A DNA stretch of 63,949 nucleotides, filler included, from Pelomyxa schiedti (GCA_020536535.1; 8 parts of 8 records of this genome joined end to end with filler, not necessarily neighbours in it), one strand, 5' to 3'; positions 1 to 15,457 are shown, counted from the first letter of the whole stretch. Notes: generated from the letters alone by a model not told the origin. Translations and numbers: made by a program.

Positions 1-871
1 TGACGGCAAATGGCCTTCAAAAAAATTAGAAACCGACGTGCACATGAAATCGCATGCTAACCTCGCGGAAGTCAATAACGGGAGAGAACTCGGCCACAAC
101 TGGCCTTCCTGTATCAAATCAGTAAAATATTGTGTTGTAAACTACATAATGGGATAATACCAGCATAAAAGCGTCCATTTATAGCGCCAAGAGCCTTGCA
201 TGCTGCTTCCTCTTGCCTATACTTAACATAAACATTTCCATCCAAGTGATCACCGTGGTTCTCACAGACAACGAGGTCCTCAACTTCTCCAAACTTGGTA
301 AGCTCATTGTGCACATCCTGGAAGGTATAAGAAGAAGGCATGCAATAAAACAAAACCGCACATCATAGAAGTTCTCAAACGAGGCCTGCAGAGTACTTGG
401 ATTAACTAGAGCAGCTTCCTCCGGTGAAAGACCTGCAATAGGGTTTGCATACCTTCAATAATAATAGGTAAGTTCCGTCAAAAAGGAGGATATCTTCTAC
501 ATGTGGGAAAGCAATAGGGTCTGAGAAATGGTTGGACGACTGTGAATGCGTGAGCATTTGTCACCGTGCCTGCATGCACCCGTTTTGAAGAAGAATGGGC
601 AGTTCACTCTTAAAGTGTAAAACAAAATGGGAGTGGAAAAGAAAGTATTAGTGGTGCAATTAAAAGAAAGTAATGGTGGTGTGTACTCTCAAAACCTAAA
701 AAGAAAAGAGCCATGAGTGAAAGAAATAATAATTAAAAGGGACTGCCTGCACGTTTCGATGGGAGGAAAAATAAAAGCAAAAAGGGGATTGAACGGCATG
801 ATGATGATCAAATAAAAGTTGAAGTACTTGGCCTCTTCCATCCTGAAGACATGTGACAAGTTATCTGCCAT
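1..871 (-). CDS. U2AF1: U2AF small subunit (U2AF35), multi-exon, 3' end runs off the window start
   Basis: Spliced translation [15 protein letters not shown]|[30 protein letters not shown] (CCCH zinc finger), then UHM ...[25 protein letters not shown]...GRFYAG|[15 protein letters not shown]|AICRQ. Junctions are GT-AG. Confidence 0.95.
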
Positions 872-1081
872 AATCCGCTCTCGAACGGAAAATGTTTCTT
901 TTCCGTTTATCACTTACATTAAATGCGAAGCCCGGGTGGAAAATTCCTTCCGATCGTACGAAAGGGATTCTCTTAGTTCTCGTTATCTTCTGTGTTGATA
1001 GGAGATCAGAGTCCTGAGTCGATTTCAATTGTTCTTTTTTTTATTTGTCGATTTGCTGTCGTTCATTATGAATTATTGTAT

Positions 1082-2419
1082 TTAACATGATGAGCACGTC
1101 AAAAAGTATTTGTACACCTGGCATGAATCACTATTCTGGGGAACAGGTTGGCGCCACAACCAGAAACCAGTAACGGCATCAACAAGGTCAATGTGATTCA
1201 CATCCTGGATGGCAACCAACCCATTAGAGCACCTTGAGATGGCCTCGTCCACTTTTCCATAGGGTATCACACGGCACGGCTGCTCAAGGTCCTCTGCTGA
1301 GAATACCTTCAGCACAGAAATGCCTCCAATCCAGCCAGAATCAGAGTGCAGGGTCTCCTGGTGGTTCTCAAGGAAGTGGCAGGTGTCCACCTTGAACGGC
1401 CTGGCAATGCACTCATGCAGCACTTTCTTTGTGCTTAGTTGAATCATCACATAGTACTTTCCATGTGGCCCATTCAAACGCTTCTGGGTAACAATGACTC
1501 CATTATTGAAGGAGAAATAGACACCCTTGCACACAGTATCCAGCCGGAATTCCTTAACAACTGCAAACACTCCCTGTTTGTGAGTCATCTCCAAGTCAAC
1601 AAACCACAGCAAGTATTGATTAACCTGCCGCACACACACCACTCCTTCACCCCCTGACAGTAAGTCCATCCACATCAATTGGTTTCCCTTCCCCAGTGTC
1701 ACAACAACCTTTCCTATTTGCGCCAGTTGCACTGGCAGCTTCCACATTTCCACAGCGTTATGTTTTGCAGCATAAGCAGCCTGCCACCCTTCATTCCTGA
1801 TGAGCTTTGTCTTGCAAAACTGAGTGAAAGCTCCCCCCAGGCGAGCCATTACACTGCCTGATTCCAAATCAGCTATGAATGGCACCCGAATTTCAGCGCA
1901 CTTGCCCAGAACGCAGCTTCCATCAACCCACCCAATTAGTTCCAGGGCAGCTTCGTCCCTCCCAATGCAAGTTATGTCCACCACACCCATTGTGTATGAC
2001 ACACTCACAAACCACTTGGTCCTGTTTCTGTGCCACGGGCTTTCCCTGTCCCTCTCAGCCTCACACCCAACAACCACGGTCCTCTCCACGCCCATAATCC
2101 ACCTCCTGCCGATTTCCACGATCACATCAAGCGGCAGAACCGTGAGGTGTTTTCCGCCACGATCAGCAGCAGCAGCAGCGCGTCGGTCGCGGCGCGACGC
2201 GGCCGCGACAACGCCGACGAAAAGGCTGGCGAATTGGTCGCGGGCCCACGTAACGTGCTGCGGCGGCGGGAGATTCGTGCTCGTCGGCAGCGCCTCGAAG
2301 CCCAGGTCGACGACGGCCCCAACGGGGGAGTCGAGGATGAAACTGAATGCTGGAGGGAGATGGAGCTGAACTCTTATTTTACTGGGTGGGGTTCTACATC
2401 GGTCGCTCTGACGTCTCAT
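1082..2419 (-). CDS. 'RDQF' family protein 1 (F-box-like helix + beta-rich domain), intronless
   Basis: 445-aa uninterrupted ORF with WARDQFASL, LTVLPLDVIVEIGRRW, SYTMGVV, FVDLE and C-terminal VDAVTG, motifs shared with the other copies. Confidence 0.8.
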   Translation of the reverse strand: MRRQSDRCRTPPSKIRVQLHLPPAFSFILDSPVGAVVDLGFEALPTSTNLPPPQHVTWARDQFASLFVGVVAAASRRDRRAAAAADRGGKHLTVLPLDVIVEIGRRWIMGVERTVVVGCEAERDRESPWHRNRTKWFVSVSYTMGVVDITCIGRDEAALELIGWVDGSCVLGKCAEIRVPFIADLESGSVMARLGGAFTQFCKTKLIRNEGWQAAYAAKHNAVEMWKLPVQLAQIGKVVVTLGKGNQLMWMDLLSGGEGVVCVRQVNQYLLWFVDLEMTHKQGVFAVVKEFRLDTVCKGVYFSFNNGVIVTQKRLNGPHGKYYVMIQLSTKKVLHECIARPFKVDTCHFLENHQETLHSDSGWIGGISVLKVFSAEDLEQPCRVIPYGKVDEAISRCSNGLVAIQDVNHIDLVDAVTGFWLWRQPVPQNSDSCQVYKYFLTCSSC

Positions 2420-2474
2420 TACCTTGCTTGTTCTTGAGATCTGTTTCTATTCCTGTAAAAGCGAGTGTGGGGCA

Positions 2475-3878
2475 ATGGGCAACACAGGAGCAAGCGACCA
2501 ACCGCCAACTGGTGCCACAATTGAGATTGTGGTATCAGCCAGGGACCAGTTCATTGCGTTTGCGTGCGGATGTCTGGTCGCCAGGACCAGGCCGCCTGCT
2601 TCGGCGGCACGTCTCCTCGGCGAGTGGCCGCCGTCTCTCGTCGCGGAGTTCGGCCGGGCGTGGGTGACGCGCCCGTGCAGGGAAGTGGTGTCAAGCGTGG
2701 TTGTCGACACCTCGGTGCCGCCCTACGACCCAGGCAGGGTGGCGTACTACCGCCAGTGCCACGTTTGGATGTGCCTGTCGCCTACTCTAGGCGTTGTGAG
2801 GTCGATGCGCGTTTCGACTTATGGGCCGGGCATGCAGTTCCTGATTGGCCACATTGGCGGGTGCAAGGTACCAAAAGAGGCAACCACAGCAACTACAGAA
2901 GTAAAAACAAAAATCAAAGGAGCAGCAACAACAGAGGAAACACATGTAAGAAGCACAGGCTCACAGAAACATCAATCCTGTTGTGGTGATAGTGGTGGTG
3001 ACAGGATTGTTGTTTTGGGCCGCAAGCCAATGATGAACATGGACATGTGGGTCGATGTGGTGGATCAGAGTGGGTTTGTGGTGGAGAATTTGCACCCTGG
3101 CAATGGCGGGGCCACTGGGGATGAACCTGGTGGTGGTATTTATGATGCACAGTGCAACTGGAGGTGGCTGGTGTTGATTGGGACAGAGAAGAGTGTTCTG
3201 TGGAGGATTGACGAGGCGAGAGGTGCGCTTGAAGGGGGTGTAACCATCGCGCTTGGAAGCTCTCCACCTCTGAGTGTGAGGCTCAGTGACAGCCAGGTCA
3301 ATGTCCTCTTTGTGCAAGTTTTTGATGGCTCTGACAAAAGCAAGAACTACTTGGAGAGGATTGACCTGGAGCAGAGCTTCAACAAGCGAATGGCAGTCGC
3401 TTTGGGGGAGCGTGTTCCATTGCCAGCGAACCACATCCTGAAACTTGGTGGTCATCACCCCTGCACAGTGAGCTGGGGAGCAGCAGAAACACACACCATG
3501 TTCAACACCAAGACGAGGGAATCCCGCTCATTCCAAGGGGGTCTGTTCCCCCTTGGTGACAACGCCTTCGCAATCCAGAGCGCTGCCAACCACGAGGTGT
3601 ACAACACTGCGAACCTCCATACACCATGCCAGGTGTTTCCTTGCAAGAGGAGTGTGCCGGGTACAATGGGCGACGGCGGGTCCATCAGTGCAGTGAGATT
3701 GGCCACGTGGCAGGTGTCAACTCACATTGCAGGAGGAATTATTGTGTGGGAGTGTGAGGGTGGTGGGCAAACTGTGGACAAACCAAAGAGGGGAGCAATG
3801 ACAAAGAAGAGGTTTATGATAACAGATGCTGTGACTGACACTCTGCTGGCCTTTCTCAACTGCAAAGATCCTTTATGA
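2475..3878 (+). CDS. 'RDQF' family protein 2, intronless, MGNTGAS N-terminus
   Basis: Uninterrupted ORF with SARDQFIAF, WPPSLVAEFGRAW, SPTLGVV, CNWRW, RIDLEQSF and ITDAVT. Confidence 0.8.
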   Translation: MGNTGASDQPPTGATIEIVVSARDQFIAFACGCLVARTRPPASAARLLGEWPPSLVAEFGRAWVTRPCREVVSSVVVDTSVPPYDPGRVAYYRQCHVWMCLSPTLGVVRSMRVSTYGPGMQFLIGHIGGCKVPKEATTATTEVKTKIKGAATTEETHVRSTGSQKHQSCCGDSGGDRIVVLGRKPMMNMDMWVDVVDQSGFVVENLHPGNGGATGDEPGGGIYDAQCNWRWLVLIGTEKSVLWRIDEARGALEGGVTIALGSSPPLSVRLSDSQVNVLFVQVFDGSDKSKNYLERIDLEQSFNKRMAVALGERVPLPANHILKLGGHHPCTVSWGAAETHTMFNTKTRESRSFQGGLFPLGDNAFAIQSAANHEVYNTANLHTPCQVFPCKRSVPGTMGDGGSISAVRLATWQVSTHIAGGIIVWECEGGGQTVDKPKRGAMTKKRFMITDAVTDTLLAFLNCKDPL

Positions 3879-4205
3879 ATCTCCTGCTTCATTTTTTCAA
3901 AATACACTCTATTCCGTGAGAGAACAATTCCCTATCGGTAGTTGTTCTTTTTTGTGATCTCTTTCATGTGGCCAAGAGTCAGACCGGTGGGTGCCTCCAC
4001 GACACCGAACCGAGGTGATGTGATCGTCATCATCAGTGCAACAGCTGCGCCGATCGCCTGTGCTTTTTCACATTTGGGATGATGAGTGTGGGGCACCATC
4101 AACAACGAGAGTACTGGCTCCTGTGCTCGTTGTGAGTCGTTGCATAAAAAGAATGGGGACAATGTAAAAAAGGAATGTTGTGTTGTTGATTGTTTGTTGT
4201 TCAGA

Positions 4206-5690
4206 CTAAGTGTGAAACAAACAGAACCAATACACAAAGGCTCCAATTGGGTGGAACAACTGAAATGTGATTACGTGGGCACCAGATGATACCTCGGTAA
4301 CGTGTATCTCCTTCCTTGATGATGCACTCACTTGGAACAGCAAGCCGCCTTCAATGAAAAGTTCAGTGGTTGCTGGAAAGCAGTTCTGTGTACTCACTGG
4401 TTTGCTTGTGTTGTTGATGTCCCACACAGTGTAAGTGTCCCCTCTCAGGTGAAAAATGCCGAACTGGGACTTGTTCAGCTGCTTCACAAACAACGGCTCC
4501 TCAGATGGTGGCATAAGTGTGCGCAATCGGCCAGATCCCTCCTCTGTCATGATTACACCTTCGTAATCCACCCCTGGCATGAGAAACACGTGGGAACCAC
4601 TCTCCTTCGTCATCACACAAAATGCAACGCCAAGGAACTTCTGGAAGTCAGTGAGGTACAGGTCGCCCAATCGTGGCACAGTCGAACTTATCACAGCCAG
4701 TGCCTTGCGTGAACAGGTTTGCACAAGGTCCACCAAAACCAGCTCAAAGGACCTTGATGTATCTGAAAATGACAGCAGCACAACATCCTCATTGGTGCTG
4801 TCGAAAAAGTGCTCCCACGCCCTAAGCCTCCTGGTATCATCAAATGAAAGTACAGTAGGCTTCTTGATCACTGTTGGACCGCATGAGTTCTTCCTTGGTA
4901 TCTCAACAATGATCATCTTACTTCTCTTTCCATCGCACAACACCACCCATTTCCCATTGGTGCTATACGAGGGGACTGTTTTATAATTGAAAAGGTGCGC
5001 CCTCTTGCCAGTCACCCTGTCCTGCAGCACTAAATCCTCCACTCTCCGCAGCAGAACAAAGTAGTCCTGGTTGGCGCACAAGAGGGTGTCGTCGCGCCTT
5101 TCCACCCACCACCTCATTTCATGTGTCAGTGTCAGCAGCACATGTGACACCCCGAATGTCATCACCACGGAATTGTTGCCCAGACTTTCGTTCCACCATG
5201 ACACAAAGTACAGCCTCGAGTTTCCCAGGAGCCACTCCCACACGACCCTCAACGCCAGCCTCCCATAATCGTCGTCGCCGCCACCGGCGCTGCCACAGCC
5301 CATAACTGCCAGCAGCGCACACCCCGCGCCGCACCGAGTGTGTGTACCCAACGCCAGGGCTGCCATCTGCTCCCTCATTGTGGGACGCCTCTGGGTCTCC
5401 GTTGTGGTTGTTGTAGTGGTCACTGCTGTTTCCACTTCCCTCGTTGACACAAGCCCCCTGCTGCTGGCCGTCGTTGTTGCTGTTTCACCTGTTGTCGATG
5501 CTCTTCCTTTTGTTGTTTCTGTGTGTTGATGATGTTCTTTGGACCGACACTGGTGCCACAGTGACGATGTGTCCAGATTGGTGGTGCCTCCTCGTGGTCG
5601 TCGACATTCTTTTCTGTTTGGAAACTTACCAGCCAGAGTACTGTATCGAAAAGTACAAGTACATGAGCTTGGGCTCACTTTTTGACCCAT
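4206..5690 (-). CDS. 'RDQF' family protein 3, intronless (start uncertain: MGQKVS at 5690 or MREQM near 5375)
   Basis: Long ORF with MREQMAALALGTHTRCG, RVVWEWLL, TNGKW, LVDLVQT and EGGLLFQ. Clearly paralogous to 24626-25928. Confidence 0.8.
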   Translation of the reverse strand: MGQKVSPSSCTCTFRYSTLAGKFPNRKECRRPRGGTTNLDTSSLWHQCRSKEHHQHTETTKGRASTTGETATTTASSRGLVSTREVETAVTTTTTTTETQRRPTMREQMAALALGTHTRCGAGCALLAVMGCGSAGGGDDDYGRLALRVVWEWLLGNSRLYFVSWWNESLGNNSVVMTFGVSHVLLTLTHEMRWWVERRDDTLLCANQDYFVLLRRVEDLVLQDRVTGKRAHLFNYKTVPSYSTNGKWVVLCDGKRSKMIIVEIPRKNSCGPTVIKKPTVLSFDDTRRLRAWEHFFDSTNEDVVLLSFSDTSRSFELVLVDLVQTCSRKALAVISSTVPRLGDLYLTDFQKFLGVAFCVMTKESGSHVFLMPGVDYEGVIMTEEGSGRLRTLMPPSEEPLFVKQLNKSQFGIFHLRGDTYTVWDINNTSKPVSTQNCFPATTELFIEGGLLFQVSASSRKEIHVTEVSSGAHVITFQLFHPIGAFVYWFCLFHT

Positions 5691-5740
5691 CCAGTTAGCA
5701 TGCTGCACCAAATGCCACAATGAACAGATTGATTTGATCA

Positions 5741-7234
5741 ATGAAAAATGCCGAGGCTGGCGACAGCGGTGCCGACAAAGACGACCCCACTACGTGGTGT
5801 CCCATAATGGACTGTGCGTTTTCCAGGCGGGTTTGTGGTGCCGTGCTGGCCGCGCCCGAGGTAGCCGCCAACGAGGCCAGGCGCGCGGTAATGTGCGCGG
5901 TTATGGGATGGCACAAGGCACTGAGGACCCTGTACTCCGACGTGGCCACGTGCTCCCTGTATTGTGAATACACTTATGTCGACCCACAGCCTGCTGTCAG
6001 AAACGCACTGTATGTTGTTGTTGTTTGGTGGTTTTTTTTTTTCAAATTATGAGTGCATAGCTTCATTTTATTCAGTTGATGGTAATAAAATGTTAACCAA
6101 AGGTTCGATGATGAGCCAGGAGATGAGAAGGGCAGAATAGTTACATACTTGGCGGCAAAACGTGGGCATGTGGAATGCTTACAGTTTTTCTTGGAAATTG
6201 TATCTATCTATGTTCCCCAAAATAATATAAATAATAATAATAATATAAATTTTTGCTTTGCCACTGTTAACAACAAGAAACAAAGTTCCAGCCGGACACT
6301 GAATGCCGCAAAGGGACACCACTCCGCGGTGCATGTAAGAAAGGCCACCTGGAATGCGTGAAGCTTCTCCTTTCTCACTTCCCAAGGTGGACAAAATCGA
6401 TGCCAACGGGCACACACCCCGCCAGGTTGCGGAATCCCGTGGGTTTACTGAATGCGCAGCTGCAATAGATGCCCATTGCAGCTCTGCTGTGGCCCCAGCG
6501 GCTTCTTCTCGCTGGGTCAGGTGGCCTGGCTCCTATCCATGCACACAGGTGCAGGCTATAGCTTGTGAGCGGGCTGCTGTCTCCAGGAGGTGGAGTACTG
6601 CAGGGACAGAGAGGGCGATGATGGGCCCATGTATGTGTTGGCCTTGGAGGACAAATTCAGGTGCCTGGGCGCAATGCCTTATGCAATTGCAAGCTACGTT
6701 TGTGTTTATCAGACCCACTTGCCCCCACTCATCCCAAAGTTCTCAGAAGGGATTCCGCCCTCACAACAAGTGGGTACTCCTGGTGCTTTTCTAGGGATTC
6801 TGTCACTTCCAGAAGATGTTCTGGTGAGAATTTTCACCCTCTGCATAAGGCGCTGTACCTGCGCATTTCATACAAAAGCTGTGACAGATATGCCAAGGCC
6901 ACACCTGAAGTACAATGAGGCCATGTATGGGTACTCTTGCTTCCATGACCTTCCATACATCCCGTGGAACTTGTATGAATGTGCCTACACTTTGTGCACA
7001 CTGGAACTTGTTTGCAGGGCGTTCCACTACTCTCTATCACATGAGCCCAGTGCACTTTCACTCCCAGAACAGGCTGCAAAGCAAATGTGCCTTCACTTTG
7101 GGATTGCCACCCTCAAGGAAGGCATTTGCTGCTGGAAACAGCAGCTAATGTTGCATGACATTGTTGGCAGAGAAATCACGCTACAAAACGACCCAGAAGC
7201 CAGAAAAGTCTATCAAAACTCCCTGTTGTTTTGA
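5741..7234 (+). CDS. Ankyrin-repeat + F-box-like protein, multi-exon, with an apparent -1 frameshift near 6381
   Basis: Ankyrin repeats YLAAKRGHVECLQF, TPLRGACKKGHLECVKLLL and NGHTPRQVAESRGF. F-box-like LSLPEDVLVRIF ... LELVCRAF in the last exon. Confidence 0.7.
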
Positions 7235-7284
7235 TCAAAACTAAAACTTGATAATAAACAATGTGGTTTGTTGCTTGTTTTTTT

Positions 7285-8636
7285 TTACAAAGGGTCAAAG
7301 GAATAGCGGACGACGAACTTCTTGGGGATGTTTGGCTCAGGGTCTCCAATGTACAAGTGAATGCCACCCTCCATGTGAATGCTGTTTGACCTAACAAGCC
7401 CGGCAACTTTGGCTGTAACATCACGTGAGGGGTTGAGCCCACCATAGGTCGCATGCACTATCTGTTTTAAAAAGGTAAGATGTAGGATGGGGTGGGAATG
7501 GATATATACCCGTAGGGAATATCCTGGGGGAGCAACAATGTCTACAGTGTCAAAGTCGCTCCAGCTTGCAACCTTGGAAGTGGGGAGAGTGAAGCGGTAC
7601 TGGATTACAAGGGTTTTTGGAACTCCGGGCTCTGGATCACCAATGCGGGTGTGAATACCACCATCCACATCTATGGACTCGTCGACAATCAGAGCCGCTA
7701 TTTTATCTGTGACGTCGCGGTTTGGTTGGTTCCCACCATAGGTTGCGTGTATAACCTGTGGAGTTGTAAATATCGTTACTAAGATTAAGATGTGGGGGCA
7801 CCTGAAGGGATGTATCTGTAGGAGCCTGGATGTGTACAGGTTGGAAATCTCCACATCTGAACTCCAAAACTCCGGAACACAGTGAACACTCAAATGGTGT
7901 GAACTGGTAATTGATGTTCAACTGTTTAGGCACTCCTGGTTCAGGATCCCCAATTCGTGTGTGAATTCCACCCAAGACATGAATTTCATTGTTCTCCACC
8001 AATGCCTGAATTTGTCTGGTTACATCCCGGTTTGGATTCCGGCCGCCATATGTAGCATCAACTATCTGCAGTACCTTTTAGTTTTGCGGCAGTTACAAGC
8101 TGTTACATACAGTGAGGTAATATGCAGGAGGAGCAGAAATGTGCACGGGCTCAAAATCGGCACAGTGGAAGTTGTATGTGCGTGTTCTCTGGGATACAAA
8201 TTGGTAGTAAATCACGAGAGTCTTGGGAATTCCAGGTTCCGGGTCACCAATATTGTTGTGAATGCCACCAGTCATGTAGAGAGCATTATCCTCCACGAGG
8301 GCAGCAACTTTAGACGTAACAGAGCGATTTGGGTTGTTCCCACCATATGTGGCTCTAATAATCTATGTGGGCGTTTTAGCTACACTCAGAACTTACCGCT
8401 TTATAAAATATACAAGCACAGGCACACACCTTGAGTGTTTTTCCTTTGGGGGCAACAATATCAACCGTGTCAAAGTCGCCACATCTGAAGACGCGAACGA
8501 GATCTCGCTGAAGGAGCGCAGCAGAACCGACACCAGCACCAACCGCCGACTCACCCTCATCGTCGCATGACGCCATTCCGCACAAGACGACAACAAACAC
8601 GGCCGCTGCGGTACTCCAAGATCTTGTCGCCAACAT
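7285..8636 (-). CDS. Secreted protein with four tandem SUEL-lectin/DUF3395-like repeats, 5 exons
   Basis: Signal-peptide-like start MLATRSWSTAAAVFVVVLCGMASC. Four repeats of ATYGGxNPxRDVTxK...GGIHxxIGDPEPGxPKxLxIxY. Phase-0 introns at 8429-8363, 8110-8066, 7801-7756 and 7509-7462. Confidence 0.8.
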
Positions 8637-8873
8637 TACACTTGAATATTTCCTCGTTACATTGTACACAGCCACCATCACATTGCCACATTGCCGTCAT
8701 CATTTCCCTTGGGAATTTTTTCAAATGTGATTGAGTTTCTCTCGGCTTTTCGAACTCAGGCCAGACTCAAGAAGTGGATTGGGCTGCTGCTTCAATACCA
8801 CCGAGGACAGCCCCTCAGTTGGGGCTCCCAGTTTCAAACGAGGCTTCTTTTCGACGAAAGTACAATCTAACAG

Positions 8874-12829
<3,956 letters not shown>

Positions 12830-12903
12830 GGAACTTTGGTACAACAGATGTATTTTTTTTTATGGAAAAGAACCTGTAGAAATAAAGCCCAACAAGAAAG
12901 TCA

Positions 12904-14219
12904 TCAATCCTTCTTCCGACCTTTGAGAGCTTCATCAAGGTCACCTTGAAATGACACTCTCTGTTCAAATGATGCTGAAAGACATAAGTCATAAAGAAAT
13001 ACTGCACTATACAAACCTTGAGGAAGTGTGTATCTACTGATAGCCTATAAGGGAAATAAAACATCTCTATTAGTGTAATGCCACAACATTTATCAACATA
13101 TTTTGTGTACTGAGGGAAATCAGTATAAGAAACATACTGAATCTTTCTGTGGTATAAATGTTCCCCCTGAAAATGTGACCTGTGAAGCTGGTATTTGGGG
13201 TTGTGTTTGTTGCATTGGTTGTGAAAACGAGCTGTCACCAAATGATACCCAGTCTGTGGACACAACAGGTGCACCCAGTGACTTGTCCACCTTTAATAAA
13301 TTTAAGAGGTTGTGTTGCTGAAGAGTGTAGAATGTTAAGGAATATTATTTTCGTTTTAATAGGAAATGAAATTGCATACAGAAAAAGTTGTCCAGTTTGA
13401 TTCGGTGAAGGAAGTCTGGTTGTAGTGCAGAAGCTTGCTTTCTGGTACTAATGCTTTTGGGAGTACATCCGGCATTGGTATTCCTGGATAATGAGTGAGC
13501 ATGATGTTTAGAAGAAAGGTGTAAATTGTAAATTGTAATCAAAGATACTTTGAACACCAAGGCGGGTAAGATAGCAAGCAATGGAAAACTCTTCCCTATC
13601 CAGCATTCCATCTTTGTCAATGTCACTCAAGTCCCTGTGCACCCATTATATTTGAGGCATGAGGAAATTAATTGTACTCGAACACTCACGCCAGTTACAC
13701 ACCATACCATATCTTTGCAAGCACATCAACCGGTAATCCTGACTGAGAGAAGAGGCCGCGAGCCAGTTCCCCTGCGGTTTGGTGTAACGGATTAGAATCT
13801 CTATATATTTACAGGGAGAACAGTCAATTTTTATGATGCCAATACTATTCCCCTTGTGTACCGCACAGAACATAATATACTGATCGATACATAAGTCAAT
13901 TTATTGCAAACGCACTCAACAATTAATATTTTTTTTTAAAAAAAAAAAACAAGAGGTTTGCTGTCAATCTGAGCAGATTACCTGAGAGTGGTTTGCCGGC
14001 AGTAGTTTGATGGAACAGAGCGTCATACGCCACCCTCTCGTGCGCCGGTATTGCCCCAATGCCCCCATTACTGCTGCTCACATTCACATTGGCGTTGATG
14101 CCCGGTTGCTGTTGTTGTTGTTGTGGCTGCAGTGCGCCAGTGGATGGGCTGAATCCCATTCCCATAATACCCCCACCCACCATGCCCATGTTCATCATCT
14201 GTGGCATCGGCACCTGCAT
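12904..14219 (-). CDS. EH (Eps15-homology) domain protein, multi-exon
   Basis: Spliced AYDALFHQTTAGKPLSG|ELARGLFSQSGLPVDVLAKIW|DLSDIDKDGMLDREEFSIACYL is a typical EH/EF-hand signature. Met/Gly/Gln-rich N-terminus. Confidence 0.85.
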
Positions 14220-15457
14220 CTTGGTAGCCCTCAATCACTTTCGTGTTGCGTCGAAATCAAAAAAAAAATTTTTTTTTCTATTCAATAGTGCTGGTGGATT
14301 CTTGTTGTTTTGATGATAAGGATGAGGGTGGTGTGGAATTACTTGTGGTTGGGTCAGTGTGATGGGATGTGGTCGTGGTTGCAGATATTAGCTGTGTGTT
14401 CATGGGCTCGGGAACACACGCAATGGTGATTATAAGCCCGGCTATAGCAATGCCGGAGCACACAGCGAATGTTACTTGGTAGCCCCATGCTGATGCAACC
14501 GGTTCAAAGAACAGAGACCCGATTATGGCTCCAAGTTTCCCGGCTGCGGCTGATATCTTGTTTGGGAGGTTATTCATAAGGAAGTTTAACAACGAGAGGA
14601 GTGGTTGCTTACACCATGGCAGGTGGCTCGGATTTCAGTGCTGTAAATTTCACCGGGAATCACAAAGGTGGTTGTGTTGGGCCCGAGGTTGCTCCAGAAG
14701 AAAGTAAGCCCATATACGAAAATAAACAGCACTTTCTTCTCGGAGATGGAATTGTAGGCGGCTCCCATTATGGCAAACAATACAGCGACGAAGCCAAATC
14801 CAACCAGCTAAACACGCAGAGTTAGAATCTACTCCGGGATTTCAGGCAAACCTGGATGGACTTCCTCCCTATTATATCAATCAGGGGAATGGAGAGAAAG
14901 TAGCCAGGAAGAGCTATGGCAGCAATACATATTGATGCCAATGCAGTGTTTTGTATGACATCACGTGCTGTGTCACCACCGGAAAGGCCCAGGATTTCAA
15001 TCACTGTCTCCTTGAACAGTCCATTCCCATAAAAAGTAATGTCAAATAGGAACCATGTTGCGGCTGTTCCAAATAAATGTAGCTTGCATTTGTTCAGCAT
15101 CCCGAGCGTCTGTTTTAAATATCATTACTTCCAAATCGCTTTCCAATTAAACAAACCATTCGGAAAGATAACTTGGTCTTTTCCACTTGCATGAAGTGGG
15201 TTGATTCATGGAGCTGCAATCTGTGGTAGGCTGTAAGAAGACAAGGGATTGCCGCAATGCCAAGAGACAGTCTCCACACCAATTCTAATTCGATTGGAAG
15301 TAGGAGAAATAAAGAGACCTGGATTAAGAATAAACAAGTCCCAAACAAATCAAGAACAAACCATAGATGGAGCTAACAGGTTTCCAAAACCTTGCATTGA
15401 AAACACAAAGGACATGTTCCTTCCTCGTGTACTACTATCAGAGGATTCAGCGGCAAT
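13469..15457. repeat. Tandem segmental duplication, copy 1 (5' part of the EH gene + 3' part of the phosphate transporter)
   Basis: Matches 15546-17574. Near-identical over the transporter exons, more diverged over the EH part. Confidence 0.95.
14278..15457 (-). pseudogene. 5'-truncated duplicate of the PHO84/PHT1-type phosphate transporter
   Basis: Begins at IAAESS...RGRNMSFVFSMQGFG and lacks the N-terminal exons present at 17575-18287. Confidence 0.85.

Noticed and set aside
6335-6386. 52-nt GTAAG...pyrimidine-rich AG segment as an intron that would rescue the ankyrin frameshift
   Set aside because: Removing it deletes a clear ankyrin helix and still leaves the downstream exon out of frame.
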